DNA from: Patescibacteria group bacterium | Lineage (GTDB): Bacteria; Patescibacteriota; Patescibacteriia; UBA1558; GWA2-36-10 | Length of the DNA: 64,000 nt | Direction of reading: 5' to 3' | Assembly (NCBI GenBank): GCA_041650755.1 | Contig: JBAZKN010000001.1 | Coordinates: forward strand, 70,796-134,795 | Shown: positions 38,446 to 48,441 of the stretch, in pieces | How positions within the stretch are numbered: position 1 is the first letter of the stretch | Layout: the number at the start of each line of letters is the position of its first letter | Translations under genes and position numbers: made by a program | Notes under the pieces: generated by a model | What the model saw: the letters and a program-made list of their open reading frames with translations, nothing else | Database searches by the model: none | Told to the model about the DNA's origin: nothing

Positions 38446-40041
38446 ATGTGGCAAAAGGTTTGGTATAAGATTAATAATACAGTTACCGGTGGGGCGATTT
38501 TGATCGCTTTTTTTTCACTGCTGGCAAAAATAGTTGCCCTGTTTAGAGAAAGATTGATTGCAGCTACTTTTGGTGCCAGCCAATTATCCGATATTTATTA
38601 TGCCGCTTTTCGTCTGCCAGATTTTATTTTTAATACTTTAGTACTGGGTGCTTTGACTTCAGCTTTTATTCCTATTTTTCAGAAAGTTTGGCTACAGGAT
38701 AAGAAGCGGGGGTTGAATCTGGCTAACTCGGTAATAAACTTTTTTTTGATTTTGATTGTCGTTCTGGTAATCATCGCTTTTATTTGGGCAGCGCCCATCA
38801 TATCTTGGATCACTCCTGGTTTTGGCCCTTGGGAGCTGGAGCAGACCATTAGACTAAGCCGGATCATGCTTTTGGCTACTATTTTTTTCGTAGTTTCCAA
38901 TATTTTGGGCGGCATATTAAATTCCTGGAAAAAATTTTTTAGCTTTTCCTTGGCAGCCAGTTTTTATAACTTAGGGATTATTATCGGCATTATATTTTTT
39001 TATCCCCAGGTTGGTTTAGCGGGCCTAGCTTGGGGTGTGGTGATTGGTGCGGCTATGCACGGTTTGGTGCAACTGCCCGAAGCTATAAAAAATGGCTGGC
39101 GTTATAATATAATTTTAAAGTGGGATAGCAATTTGCGTCAGATACTCAAGCTTATGGTGCCGCGAACCATTGGTCTGGCTGCCGGGCAAATAAATTTAGT
39201 GGCCGTTACCATGATTGGCTCTACTTTAACGGCTGGCAGCATTGCCATTTTTAATTTAGCTAATAATCTGCAAAGTCTGCCGGTCAGCTTGTTTGCCGTA
39301 TCTTTGGCCGTGGCGGTTTTTCCCACATTTACTCAAGCTTTCAATGAAAATAGACAGGACCTATTTGCAGCTAATTTTACCGCTAGTTTGCGTCGCATTC
39401 TTTTTTTATTGATACCACTTTCAGTTTTGTTGGTGGTTTTGCGGGCCCAGGTAGTGAGAGTCATTCTGGGCAGCGGTAATTTTAACTGGGATAATACTTA
39501 TTATACTGCCCAAACCTTGGGCTGGTTTAGTATATCTATTTTTTCCCAAGGATTGATTCCGCTTTTGGCAAGAGCTTTTTATGCTCAAGCTGACACCAAA
39601 ACACCGACTTCAGTGGGCATCATTTGTATTATTTTTAATATATTTTTATCTTGGGCTTTGGCGGTCTGGGCAAACTTGGGCGTGATTGGTTTGGCGATAG
39701 CTTTTTCCATCACCAATATTCTCAACATGCTGATCTTGTATATTATATTGCATTATCGATTGAGTAAGATCAATGATAATTTAATTTTTATTTCTTTATT
39801 AAAAATATCCTTTAATTCTTTGATTGGCGGCATGGTGGCCTATGGCGCCCTGAATTTTATGGCGCCCTTAGTCAATATGCATACTTTTCTGGGAATTTTT
39901 ACCCAAGGGTTGGTGGCAGGACTTTTGGGCTTGCTAAGCTTCCTGATTTTAAGTATATTATTCAAATTGGAAGAAGTGCAGATTGTCAAAGACATGCTGA
40001 AGCGATCATTGGCCGTATTTAAAAACGGTTCTGGTCGTTAG
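38446..40041 (+). CDS. murJ: Lipid II flippase MurJ (MOP/MVF family)
   Basis: 14 TM helices; N-terminal FRERLIAATFGASQLSDIYYAAFRLPDFIF pattern. Confidence 0.8.
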   Translation: MWQKVWYKINNTVTGGAILIAFFSLLAKIVALFRERLIAATFGASQLSDIYYAAFRLPDFIFNTLVLGALTSAFIPIFQKVWLQDKKRGLNLANSVINFFLILIVVLVIIAFIWAAPIISWITPGFGPWELEQTIRLSRIMLLATIFFVVSNILGGILNSWKKFFSFSLAASFYNLGIIIGIIFFYPQVGLAGLAWGVVIGAAMHGLVQLPEAIKNGWRYNIILKWDSNLRQILKLMVPRTIGLAAGQINLVAVTMIGSTLTAGSIAIFNLANNLQSLPVSLFAVSLAVAVFPTFTQAFNENRQDLFAANFTASLRRILFLLIPLSVLLVVLRAQVVRVILGSGNFNWDNTYYTAQTLGWFSISIFSQGLIPLLARAFYAQADTKTPTSVGIICIIFNIFLSWALAVWANLGVIGLAIAFSITNILNMLILYIILHYRLSKINDNLIFISLLKISFNSLIGGMVAYGALNFMAPLVNMHTFLGIFTQGLVAGLLGLLSFLILSILFKLEEVQIVKDMLKRSLAVFKNGSGR

Positions 40042-40069
40042 ACTTTTTCCAAGTCAAGATTTTGTTTTT

Positions 40070-41836
40070 ATGGAAAAAATTAGAAATTTTTGTATTATCG
40101 CCCATATTGATCACGGTAAATCCACCCTAGCTGATCGTATGCTGGAGCTGACTGGTACTATCACCAAGCGCCAGATGAAGGAGCAAATCCTGGATCAGAT
40201 GGATTTAGAAAGAGAGCGCGGGATTACCATCAAGCTTCAGCCGGCCCGTATGCATTGGCAAGGTTTTGTTTTGAACTTAATAGATACTCCAGGGCATGTT
40301 GATTTTACTTATGAGGTTTCGCGGTCTTTGGCGGCTGTGGAAGGAGCGATACTTTTGGTTGATGCCAGCCAGGGCGTAGAGGCCCAGACTTTAGCCAATC
40401 TATATTTAGCCATTGAACAAAATCTAGAGATTATTCCGGTCATAAATAAAATTGATTTACCGGCAGCCGATGTGCCCAAAGTCAAGCGTGAGCTGATAAA
40501 GCTCCTGGGCTGCCGGGAAGAGGAAATATTATTGGTGTCTGCTAAAACCGGCCAGGGCGTCCAGGAAGTTTTACAGGCCATTGTTCAGCGCCTGCCCCAG
40601 CCCAAAGAAACCGGCGGCGATCTGCAAGCCCTGATTTTTGATTCTACTTATGATGAGTATAGGGGCGTGGTGATTTATGTGCGCATTTTTGCCGGGCACA
40701 TAAAGCCTGCTGACAAAATCCAGTTTGTGGCTAGTCATGAGATCAGTGAAGTCCTAGAAGTCGGCTATTTTAAGCCGCAGTGGGTCAAATCAGACAGTCT
40801 AAATAATGGTGAAATTGGTTATGTTATCACCGGCATCAAAGATCTAGAAAAAGCCAAAGTTGGCGATACTCTGATTGATAAGGACGCCCACACCTTGGCT
40901 TTGCCGGGATATAAGGATGTCAAACCTATGGTTTATGCCGGCATTTTTCCCCAAGAGGGTAATGATTATAATAAATTGCGCGAAGCCATTTTAAAATTAA
41001 AGCTCAATGACGCCAGTTTAGTTTTTGAACCGGCCAGCTCTCAAGCCTTAGGTTTTGGTTTTCGGTGTGGCTTTTTGGGCTTGCTGCACTTAGAAATCTT
41101 TCAAGAAAGACTGAAGCGGGAATTCAATCTTGATTTAGTAGTGACTACTCCGACCGTAGCTTATCATTTGTATTTAAAAAATAACACTAATAAGATTTTG
41201 ACTACGCCAGCTGAAATGCCCGACCCGTCAACCATTGATTATATCGAGGAGCCATATATGAATATCGAGGTTCTGACGCCAAAAAATTATATAGGCAATC
41301 TGATGTCTTACATTGCTGAAGTAGGCGGCTTGCCCAAGGACAGCGAATATCTTGATGAACAACGGATCATTTTGCGCTATAGCATACCTTTGGCTAGTAT
41401 TCTGGTGGATTTTTATGACAAAATAAAAAGTTTATCTTCCGGTTATGCTTCTTTAAATTATGATTTTGCCGATTATCGCCGTTGTGATTTGGTTAAGATG
41501 GATATTTTGGTAGCTGAAGAGCCAGTCGAGGCTTTGACTGCTTTGGTTTATCGCGACCAGGCTCATCGCGTCGGCAAAAGCATCGTCAATAAATTAAAAG
41601 AAGTATTGCCGCGGCAACAATTTGTGATTAAGCTTCAGGCCGCTGTGGGCGGCAAGATAGTGGCCGCTGAGAGGATATCGGCTATGCGCAAAGATGTGAC
41701 GGCCAAGCTTTATGGTGGCGATGTGACGCGCAAGCGCAAGCTTTTGGAAAAGCAAAAAAAGGGCAAGAAAAAAATGGCCCACAGCGGCCGTGTAGAAATA
41801 CCCCAATCGGCTTATTTGGCTATTTTGAAACGTTAG
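40070..41836 (+). CDS. lepA: Elongation factor 4 (LepA)
   Basis: IRNFCIIAHIDHGKSTLADR G1 motif; LepA C-terminal domain; 588 aa. Confidence 0.95.
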   Translation: MEKIRNFCIIAHIDHGKSTLADRMLELTGTITKRQMKEQILDQMDLERERGITIKLQPARMHWQGFVLNLIDTPGHVDFTYEVSRSLAAVEGAILLVDASQGVEAQTLANLYLAIEQNLEIIPVINKIDLPAADVPKVKRELIKLLGCREEEILLVSAKTGQGVQEVLQAIVQRLPQPKETGGDLQALIFDSTYDEYRGVVIYVRIFAGHIKPADKIQFVASHEISEVLEVGYFKPQWVKSDSLNNGEIGYVITGIKDLEKAKVGDTLIDKDAHTLALPGYKDVKPMVYAGIFPQEGNDYNKLREAILKLKLNDASLVFEPASSQALGFGFRCGFLGLLHLEIFQERLKREFNLDLVVTTPTVAYHLYLKNNTNKILTTPAEMPDPSTIDYIEEPYMNIEVLTPKNYIGNLMSYIAEVGGLPKDSEYLDEQRIILRYSIPLASILVDFYDKIKSLSSGYASLNYDFADYRRCDLVKMDILVAEEPVEALTALVYRDQAHRVGKSIVNKLKEVLPRQQFVIKLQAAVGGKIVAAERISAMRKDVTAKLYGGDVTRKRKLLEKQKKGKKKMAHSGRVEIPQSAYLAILKR

Positions 41837-41915
41837 TAGCTGGCAGTGCCAAAGGTCCAGAGCACCATTGATAAAACTACGAAAATTCCCAGTATTACCC
41901 AAATGATTTTTTGCG

Positions 41916-42413
41916 TTGATTTTTTCATTTCTTTATCCTATGCCTAATTTTAGCAAATTTTTACCAACTGAGGAAGGTCTTGATTTGCTGATTTATCCTA
42001 AAGAAGCGGCCTACAAGCTGTATTTGTGGCTATTATTTTTACTGGTAGCTTTTTTTATGATGTATCCGCTTTGGCATTTGGGTAGGCCGGGCATATTTTT
42101 ATGGCTTACCATGACTGCGTTTATATTATTGGCGATTGCTAATCATTTTTTACGCCGTTTTAGCTACTATATATTAAGCACCAATAAACTTTGGCATGTT
42201 TTTTATATCAAGGCTGATAATATTAGGATCAGGGGGTCGATAGATAGGGGATTGATCATTGCTTTAGAAAAGTGCGGCGACCATGATATTTTGGTGCTGA
42301 CCAAACAAAATCGATATTATTTAAAAGATATAAAACAGCGCGATCAGGTTTACGCGGCATTAGTGACAAAATTAAATATAGCGGCTTACCAAAAAGACGT
42401 AAATTTGTTATAA
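41916..42413 (+). CDS. Hypothetical membrane protein (2 TM plus PH-like C-terminus)
   Basis: 165-aa ORF; hydrophobic pair at residues 35-80. Confidence 0.5.
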   Translation: MIFSFLYPMPNFSKFLPTEEGLDLLIYPKEAAYKLYLWLLFLLVAFFMMYPLWHLGRPGIFLWLTMTAFILLAIANHFLRRFSYYILSTNKLWHVFYIKADNIRIRGSIDRGLIIALEKCGDHDILVLTKQNRYYLKDIKQRDQVYAALVTKLNIAAYQKDVNLL

Positions 42414-42420
42414 TATAGCC

Positions 42421-42888
42421 ATGGATAATCCAAAAAATTTGGATCAAAATTTTATATCTAAACCTGAAAATATTACTACTCCAGATCAAGTGGATGGTTT
42501 TGAATCAGGGCCGACTTCGGCTGCCCTGGAGCAGCCTACTCCGGCTCTGGCAACCAGCGCTCCAGCTGTGCCGGATTTAGATAAAATAGCCAGCGCTCCA
42601 GCCCAGCCCACCATTGTTTTGGAAAAAGTCGAAAATATTTTAGCTCGGGACATGGACAAGGTTTTTTTGTCTATGGATCTAGCTACGCAAGCCAAATTTA
42701 AAGCCAAGGGTGAAGAAACAGCCGTAGCTATTACTAATTTATTGCAAAAAACTAAGGTTCAAGTTAGGAAAATTATTAACCTGATTGTTGATTGGTTGCG
42801 TTTGGTGCCTAGTATCAACAAATATTACCTCGAACAGGAAGCTAAGCTAAAGGCCGAAGAAATTATTCGTTTACATAAAAATCAATAA
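42421..42888 (+). CDS. Hypothetical Ala/Pro-rich protein
   Basis: 155-aa ORF directly upstream of the large ATPase gene. Confidence 0.5.
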   Translation: MDNPKNLDQNFISKPENITTPDQVDGFESGPTSAALEQPTPALATSAPAVPDLDKIASAPAQPTIVLEKVENILARDMDKVFLSMDLATQAKFKAKGEETAVAITNLLQKTKVQVRKIINLIVDWLRLVPSINKYYLEQEAKLKAEEIIRLHKNQ

Positions 42889-42897
42889 TTTATTATC

Positions 42898-45354
42898 ATG
42901 GAATTTACCGTTGAAAATATAGCTGTTGTCATTAGCCTGGTTATTATTCTTAGTATTATTTTTCCCGTGATCGCAAATTATCAAAAAAATAAGGTTGATA
43001 AGAATTTAAAATTGGACATGTTATTGATTAAAGTGCCGAAATATACCAAGCAAGAAAAAGAAGAGTTGTCCAAACAATACATTGAACAGACTTTAGGTAA
43101 AATTGAAAATTTTTTTTCTGCCCTAGCTGGCCTCAAGGCCGAACATCCTTTTTTGGGGCAAGCCAAAGAAATTTTTTCCCTAGATATTGTTTCGGTAGAT
43201 GGTTTTATAAATTTTTACGCGGCCGTGCCGCCAAAATTTAAAGACTTCTTTATTGCCCAGCTGCAGGCTGTCTATCCCAAAATTTATGTAGAAGAAGTGG
43301 TTGATTATAATATTTTTCAGCCACAAGGACAGGTCTTGGCTGGCAATTTATCTTTTGCCAATGATTTTACTTTACCCATCAAGACATATAAGACTTTTGA
43401 AAATGACCCCTTAGAGGGAATTACCAATACCTTAAGTAAGCTGACCAACGACGAATCGGCTGTTGTGCAATATGTCTTTAAATCTGCCCCCAAAAAATGG
43501 CATCAACGCGGCCGTCAACTGGCTCAAAAAATGCAAGCCGGAGCTACTTTTGCCGATGCTATTAAACAGGTTGGTGGCACTTCTTTTTTTGATAAATTGG
43601 AAAAAACAGGTAGTTTTTTTGGCAGCTTTTTTGCTACCAGTAAAAAAGAGGATGAGCAAAAAAAGAAATCCCTGGAAGTCAAACAGCCCTTGTCAGCCAT
43701 GGAACAAGAGCGGGCCAAAAGCCTAGAAGCAAAAACTTCTAAAGCTGGTTTGGATGTCAATATTCGCATCGTAGTTTCAACCAGAAGCTTGGAGCGCTCC
43801 AAGGCAGTTTTACTGGACGTTCTCAATAGCTACAATCAATATAATATTTATGAGTTTGGCAATCGTTTTCAAGCCAGTATACCGCGCCACCCGGATACTA
43901 TTATTGAGTACTTGATTTATCGACATTTTTCAAACAAGCGTAAACTTTTGCTCAACGCTGAGGAAATGGTCAGCGTGGTGCATCTGCCTTTACCGACCAC
44001 TGAAACGCCAAATATTGATTGGCTAGAAGCTGTCAAGGCGCCACCGCCCAGCAGTCTGCCCAGCGAAGGCATTATTTTGGGCAAAAGCATTTATCGTGGC
44101 AAAGAAACTTTGGTGCGCATCAAGGATGCTGATCGTCGGCGACACATGTACGAAATCGGCCAGACCGGTACTGGTAAGTCTGCCTTTATGGAAAGCTTGA
44201 TTAAACAGGATATTGAAGCTGGCAAAGGATTGTGCGTGATTGATCCGCACGGTGAATTGGTAGAAAGATGCTTAACCTATATACCAAAAGAAAGAGCCGA
44301 AGACGTGATTGTTTTTGATCCATCGGATACTGATCGGCCAGTAGCCATTAACATGTTGGAATATGATACCGATGAACAGAAGACTTTTGTGATCAACGAA
44401 ATGATCGCTATCTTTGATAAGCTTTATGATCTGAAAGCTACTGGTGGGCCGATGTTTGAGCAATATATGCGTAATGCAATGCTTTTGGTGATGGACGACA
44501 AAGATTCGGGAGCGACTTTGTTGGAAGTGCCGAGAGTCTTGTCAGATGAAGCTTACCGCAAGCACAAGTTGAGCAAGGTCAAGAACCGCTTAGTCAAAGA
44601 TTTTTGGGAAAAAGAAGCGCAAAAAGCCGGCGGTGAAGCGTCCCTAGCCAATATGGTACCCTATATCACTAGCAAGCTCACGCCTTTTATTGCCAATGAT
44701 ATCATCCGGCCGATTATTGCCCAGCAAAAAAGCGCTTTCAATTTTCGTGAAGCAATGGATAGCAAAAAGATTATCATGATCAATCTATCCAAGGGCAAAA
44801 TTGGTGACATGAATAGTAGCCTTTTGGGCATGATTATTATTGGTAAACTACTATTTGCCGCTTTGAGCAGAGCGGATTATACTGAAGAGCAACGCAATGA
44901 TTTTTATCTCTATATTGATGAGTTCCAAAATTATACTACCGATAGTATCGCTATTATTTTATCCGAAGCCAGAAAATACAAACTGAATTTAATTATCGCT
45001 CATCAGTATATCGCTCAGCTGGTAAAAAATAACGACACCAAGATTCGAGATGCTGTTTTTGGCAATGTCGGCACTATCATCGCTTATCGTCTAGGCGTAG
45101 AGGACGCAGAGGTGATTGCCAAGCAAATGGCCCCGGTGGTTACTGAATATGACCTGATCAATATGCCAAAATTTACGGCTTATATAAAATTATTGATTGA
45201 TAATGCCAATCCGCCAGCCTTTAATTTTAATCCCATTAGGCCGGAAAAAGGCAACTTTGAGCTAGCGGCGGCCATCAAACAATTGTCTCGATTAAAATAT
45301 GGCCGTGATAGAAAAACAGTAGAAGACGAGGTTCAGCAAAGGATTATCATTTAG
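42898..45354 (+). CDS. Membrane-anchored FtsK/HerA-superfamily (VirB4/VirD4/DUF87-like) P-loop ATPase, fused N-domain plus ATPase
   Basis: N-terminal TM; Walker A IGQTGTGKS followed by VIDPHGEL (DPHGE signature); Walker B YIDEFQNY; ARKYKLNLIIAHQYIAQL; FGNVGTIIAYRLG. Confidence 0.75.
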   Translation: MEFTVENIAVVISLVIILSIIFPVIANYQKNKVDKNLKLDMLLIKVPKYTKQEKEELSKQYIEQTLGKIENFFSALAGLKAEHPFLGQAKEIFSLDIVSVDGFINFYAAVPPKFKDFFIAQLQAVYPKIYVEEVVDYNIFQPQGQVLAGNLSFANDFTLPIKTYKTFENDPLEGITNTLSKLTNDESAVVQYVFKSAPKKWHQRGRQLAQKMQAGATFADAIKQVGGTSFFDKLEKTGSFFGSFFATSKKEDEQKKKSLEVKQPLSAMEQERAKSLEAKTSKAGLDVNIRIVVSTRSLERSKAVLLDVLNSYNQYNIYEFGNRFQASIPRHPDTIIEYLIYRHFSNKRKLLLNAEEMVSVVHLPLPTTETPNIDWLEAVKAPPPSSLPSEGIILGKSIYRGKETLVRIKDADRRRHMYEIGQTGTGKSAFMESLIKQDIEAGKGLCVIDPHGELVERCLTYIPKERAEDVIVFDPSDTDRPVAINMLEYDTDEQKTFVINEMIAIFDKLYDLKATGGPMFEQYMRNAMLLVMDDKDSGATLLEVPRVLSDEAYRKHKLSKVKNRLVKDFWEKEAQKAGGEASLANMVPYITSKLTPFIANDIIRPIIAQQKSAFNFREAMDSKKIIMINLSKGKIGDMNSSLLGMIIIGKLLFAALSRADYTEEQRNDFYLYIDEFQNYTTDSIAIILSEARKYKLNLIIAHQYIAQLVKNNDTKIRDAVFGNVGTIIAYRLGVEDAEVIAKQMAPVVTEYDLINMPKFTAYIKLLIDNANPPAFNFNPIRPEKGNFELAAAIKQLSRLKYGRDRKTVEDEVQQRIII

Positions 45355-45359
45355 ATATT

Positions 45360-45381
45360 TTAGCTAATATTAGCCAAAATA
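45360..45381 (+). repeat. Conserved 22-nt intergenic motif TTAGCTAATATTAGCCAAAATA, copy 1
   Basis: Identical to 63760..63781; the core is shared with 55423..55440. Confidence 0.6.
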
Positions 45382-45485
45382 ATCATATTAACAGAAAATT
45401 GCCAGGAATTTATTTTTATGATATTCTAAAATTATCCATAGATTGCTGAAAGAGCGCTGCCTAGTCTTTAAACAAAAATAAAAAA

Positions 45486-46073
45486 ATGCCAAAAACCAAA
45501 AAAATAAAAGAATTAGAATCCTTGATATATAATTTAGAGTTGGAGCTGAAAAAGACTAAACTGATTTTGGGTGAATTATCTGGCAAAAATACCAAGCAGG
45601 CATTGGATTATAGTTTAAAAGCAGCCGAGCTTGGCGCAAGCTCTCAAGATGATGAAGGTCTGGTGATCGAAGGCGTGTTTAATGGTCAGATAATGATCGG
45701 TCCAGACGGCAAGCAGTATTCTGTGCCGGCTAACTATGCTTCCAAGTCCAAACTAGTGGAAGGCGATATTTTGAAATTAACTATAGATCGTCAAGGCGCA
45801 TTTATCTATAAGCAGATAGCCCCAGTAGAAAGGACCCGCTTAGTTGGTCATTTGGTCAAAGACAAGGCTTTGGGTGAGTATGTGGTTTTGGCTGGTGACA
45901 AAATATACCGGGTCTTACTGGCCAGCATCACTTACTTTAAGGGTGAAGAGGGCGATGAAGTGGTGATTCTGGTCCCCAAGGAAGCTGATAGTATCTGGGC
46001 AGCGGTTGAAAATATTATTCGTAGCAAAGCCCGCCGTGATGCCGAAGGAGATGATCTGGGAATTAGCTTATAG
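45486..46073 (+). CDS. Hypothetical protein (N-terminal coiled coil)
   Basis: 195-aa ORF. Confidence 0.5.
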   Translation: MPKTKKIKELESLIYNLELELKKTKLILGELSGKNTKQALDYSLKAAELGASSQDDEGLVIEGVFNGQIMIGPDGKQYSVPANYASKSKLVEGDILKLTIDRQGAFIYKQIAPVERTRLVGHLVKDKALGEYVVLAGDKIYRVLLASITYFKGEEGDEVVILVPKEADSIWAAVENIIRSKARRDAEGDDLGISL

Positions 46074-46080
46074 ATTTTAG

Positions 46081-47574
46081 ATGACAGAAGTATTATATCG
46101 TAAATATCGGCCGCAGACTTTCAAGGATGTGGTTGGTCAAAAGCCGATCAAAATTACTTTAGAAAACGAAATTATCAGTGGGCGCATAGCTCATGCTTAT
46201 TTATTTGTTGGTCCGCGCGGCACTGGCAAGACTACTCTGGCCAGATTGTTTGCGCGGTCTTTAAATTGCGCTGCTAGAAAGACGGGCGAATCAGAACCTT
46301 GTAATAATTGCCAGCTCTGCCAGATGATTTTAGCCGGTCGATCCTTGGATGTGATTGAGATTGACGCCGCTTCTCATACCGGCGTTGACAATGTCCGAGA
46401 AAATATCATCAATAATGCCCAGGTGCCGCCATTCAATCGGCAGGGTTATAAAGTATTTATCATTGATGAAGTGCACATGTTGTCAAAATCAGCTTTCAAC
46501 GCTTTGTTGAAAGTTCTAGAAGAGCCCCCGCCAAGAGTAATATTTATTTTGGCCACTACCGAAGTGCACAAAGTGCCGGAGACCATCATTTCCCGTTGCC
46601 AGCGTTTTGATTTCAAAAAATTATCCCAAAATGAAATTATTACTCGTCTGGCCGAAATTGTTGAATGGGAAAAAGTAGTTGTACCAGAGTATGTTTTGGC
46701 TGATATTGCTCGTCGGGCTGACGGTGGTTTGCGTGATGCCGAATCTCTCTTGGGCCAGATAATATCGCTAAGTTCCGGCAAAGTTACTGATGAGCTGGCC
46801 TCAATTGTTTTACCGCGCAGCTATTGGCAAGAAATTGATATATTAGTCGAAGCTTTGCGGCTGCGCAATTTGTCCGCCGCCTTAAACCAGATAAACAAGC
46901 TGGTTAATGAAGGTATAGATTTGAAAAATTTCACCGATGAGATGCTTGATTATCTGCGGCAGATTTTACTTTATCAGACTATCGGCCCGAGCTTTAGCTT
47001 GGAAGTAGCGGATAACGTGTCTCAAGCCATCAAGAAACATGCACAGGATTTTGCTTTGGCCGATCTGTCTAAGCTGATTGGCATAATTTTAGATAAATTA
47101 GCTATCAAGGAATCACTCATAGACCAGCTGCCCTTGGAGTTGGCTTGCGTGGAATATTTATTAGCTCCGGCTGTACTGAAACCGCTGGCTGGTGAAGCAG
47201 TACCCACAGCTACCAAAAAAACAACAGCCGGTTTATTGAATCTAAAAGCTATTCAAGATCATTGGCCAAAGTTTATTATTTTAAGTAAAAATTTAAACCA
47301 TTCTTTATCAGCTGTTTTATTAAATAGTCATCCTTTAAGTTTGCGGGGCGAGACAGTGGTTGTGGGTTTGGAATATAATTTTCATTTGGAGCAGCTCAAT
47401 AAGCCTGCCATCAAGGAAAACCTTAGTGATATTTTATTGGAATTATTGGGCCATCGAGTTAAGTTTGATTTTACCATTGATCCGGAATATCAGATCAACC
47501 ATCAGAATTTTAAAGGACGTAATGAAAAGGAAGTAGAGGATTTGCTTGATACTTTTGGCGGCCAGGTAATATGA
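46081..47574 (+). CDS. dnaX: DNA polymerase III gamma/tau subunit
   Basis: AYLFVGPRGTGKTT; zinc module CxxC...CxxC; ISRCQ; sensor motifs. Confidence 0.9.
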   Translation: MTEVLYRKYRPQTFKDVVGQKPIKITLENEIISGRIAHAYLFVGPRGTGKTTLARLFARSLNCAARKTGESEPCNNCQLCQMILAGRSLDVIEIDAASHTGVDNVRENIINNAQVPPFNRQGYKVFIIDEVHMLSKSAFNALLKVLEEPPPRVIFILATTEVHKVPETIISRCQRFDFKKLSQNEIITRLAEIVEWEKVVVPEYVLADIARRADGGLRDAESLLGQIISLSSGKVTDELASIVLPRSYWQEIDILVEALRLRNLSAALNQINKLVNEGIDLKNFTDEMLDYLRQILLYQTIGPSFSLEVADNVSQAIKKHAQDFALADLSKLIGIILDKLAIKESLIDQLPLELACVEYLLAPAVLKPLAGEAVPTATKKTTAGLLNLKAIQDHWPKFIILSKNLNHSLSAVLLNSHPLSLRGETVVVGLEYNFHLEQLNKPAIKENLSDILLELLGHRVKFDFTIDPEYQINHQNFKGRNEKEVEDLLDTFGGQVI

Positions 47575-47626
47575 TAATTGTCAATTGACTAATTGGTAAA
47601 ATTGTAATATTCTTTTTTTGTTTTAT

Positions 47627-47700
47627 TGCCGGATCGTCTAATGGTAGGACGTCAGGTTCTGGCCCTGATAATCTAGGTTCGATTCCTAGTCCGGCAGCCA
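47627..47700 (+). tRNA. tRNA-Gln (anticodon CTG)
   Basis: Acceptor tgccgga/tccggca with U1-A72; anticodon loop ttCTGgc; T-arm ctagg ttcgatt cctag; encoded CCA. Confidence 0.85.
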
Positions 47701-47712
47701 AATTTTAATAAA

Positions 47713-48408
47713 ATGAAGTATAAGATTCAAGGAAAAAATATTAATTTGGTATTAAAAGAAGATGTTTTTTCCCCATCTATTCACGGTTCGTCAGCTTTAG
47801 CAGAAAATATAAAAGTCAATCGCGGTGAATCGGTTCTAGATCTCGGTACCGGCACGGGTATCCTAGCTATTTTAGCTGCAAAATTAGGCGGTCAGGTTAC
47901 TGCGGTGGATGTACTACCAAAAGCTGTGGCATTGGCTAAGATAAATTTTAAAAAAAATCATGTTACAATTAGATTGAAACATGGTAATTTGTTTAGGCCT
48001 GTTATCAAAAATAAATATGATGTAATTATTGCTAATATTCCGCAAGAAAATTTGTCTCCTAAAATTATAAAATCTGTGCGTAAAGAAATTTTTATAGGTA
48101 TGCATGGTGGCAAGTATGGAAACGAAATTTTATTAAACGTTTTAAAAAATGCTCCTAAACATATGCACAAACTGTCCAGATTGTATGTGGTGATTTATTC
48201 AATGAGTAATTTTAGAAAAAGCTTACAAACAATTTATAAATTATATCAAGCAAAACTTATACATTTTTATACTGGGCCAGTCAAAAATTTTATTTATGAT
48301 GATTTAGACTGGTATGAGAGTGAATCTAGAAGTGGTCGCATAAATATTTATAAAAAAGGTAATAAATATTTTGCAGATCTTTTTGTTTTTGAATTAACAT
48401 TAAAATAG
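47713..48408 (+). CDS. Class I SAM-dependent methyltransferase (MTS/HemK-like small domain)
   Basis: VLDLGTGTGILAI motif I; DVIIANIPQ motif IV. Confidence 0.7.
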   Translation: MKYKIQGKNINLVLKEDVFSPSIHGSSALAENIKVNRGESVLDLGTGTGILAILAAKLGGQVTAVDVLPKAVALAKINFKKNHVTIRLKHGNLFRPVIKNKYDVIIANIPQENLSPKIIKSVRKEIFIGMHGGKYGNEILLNVLKNAPKHMHKLSRLYVVIYSMSNFRKSLQTIYKLYQAKLIHFYTGPVKNFIYDDLDWYESESRSGRINIYKKGNKYFADLFVFELTLK

Positions 48409-48441
48409 CCTAATTTAGATTCTCGAAGCGAAGCGTAGACC

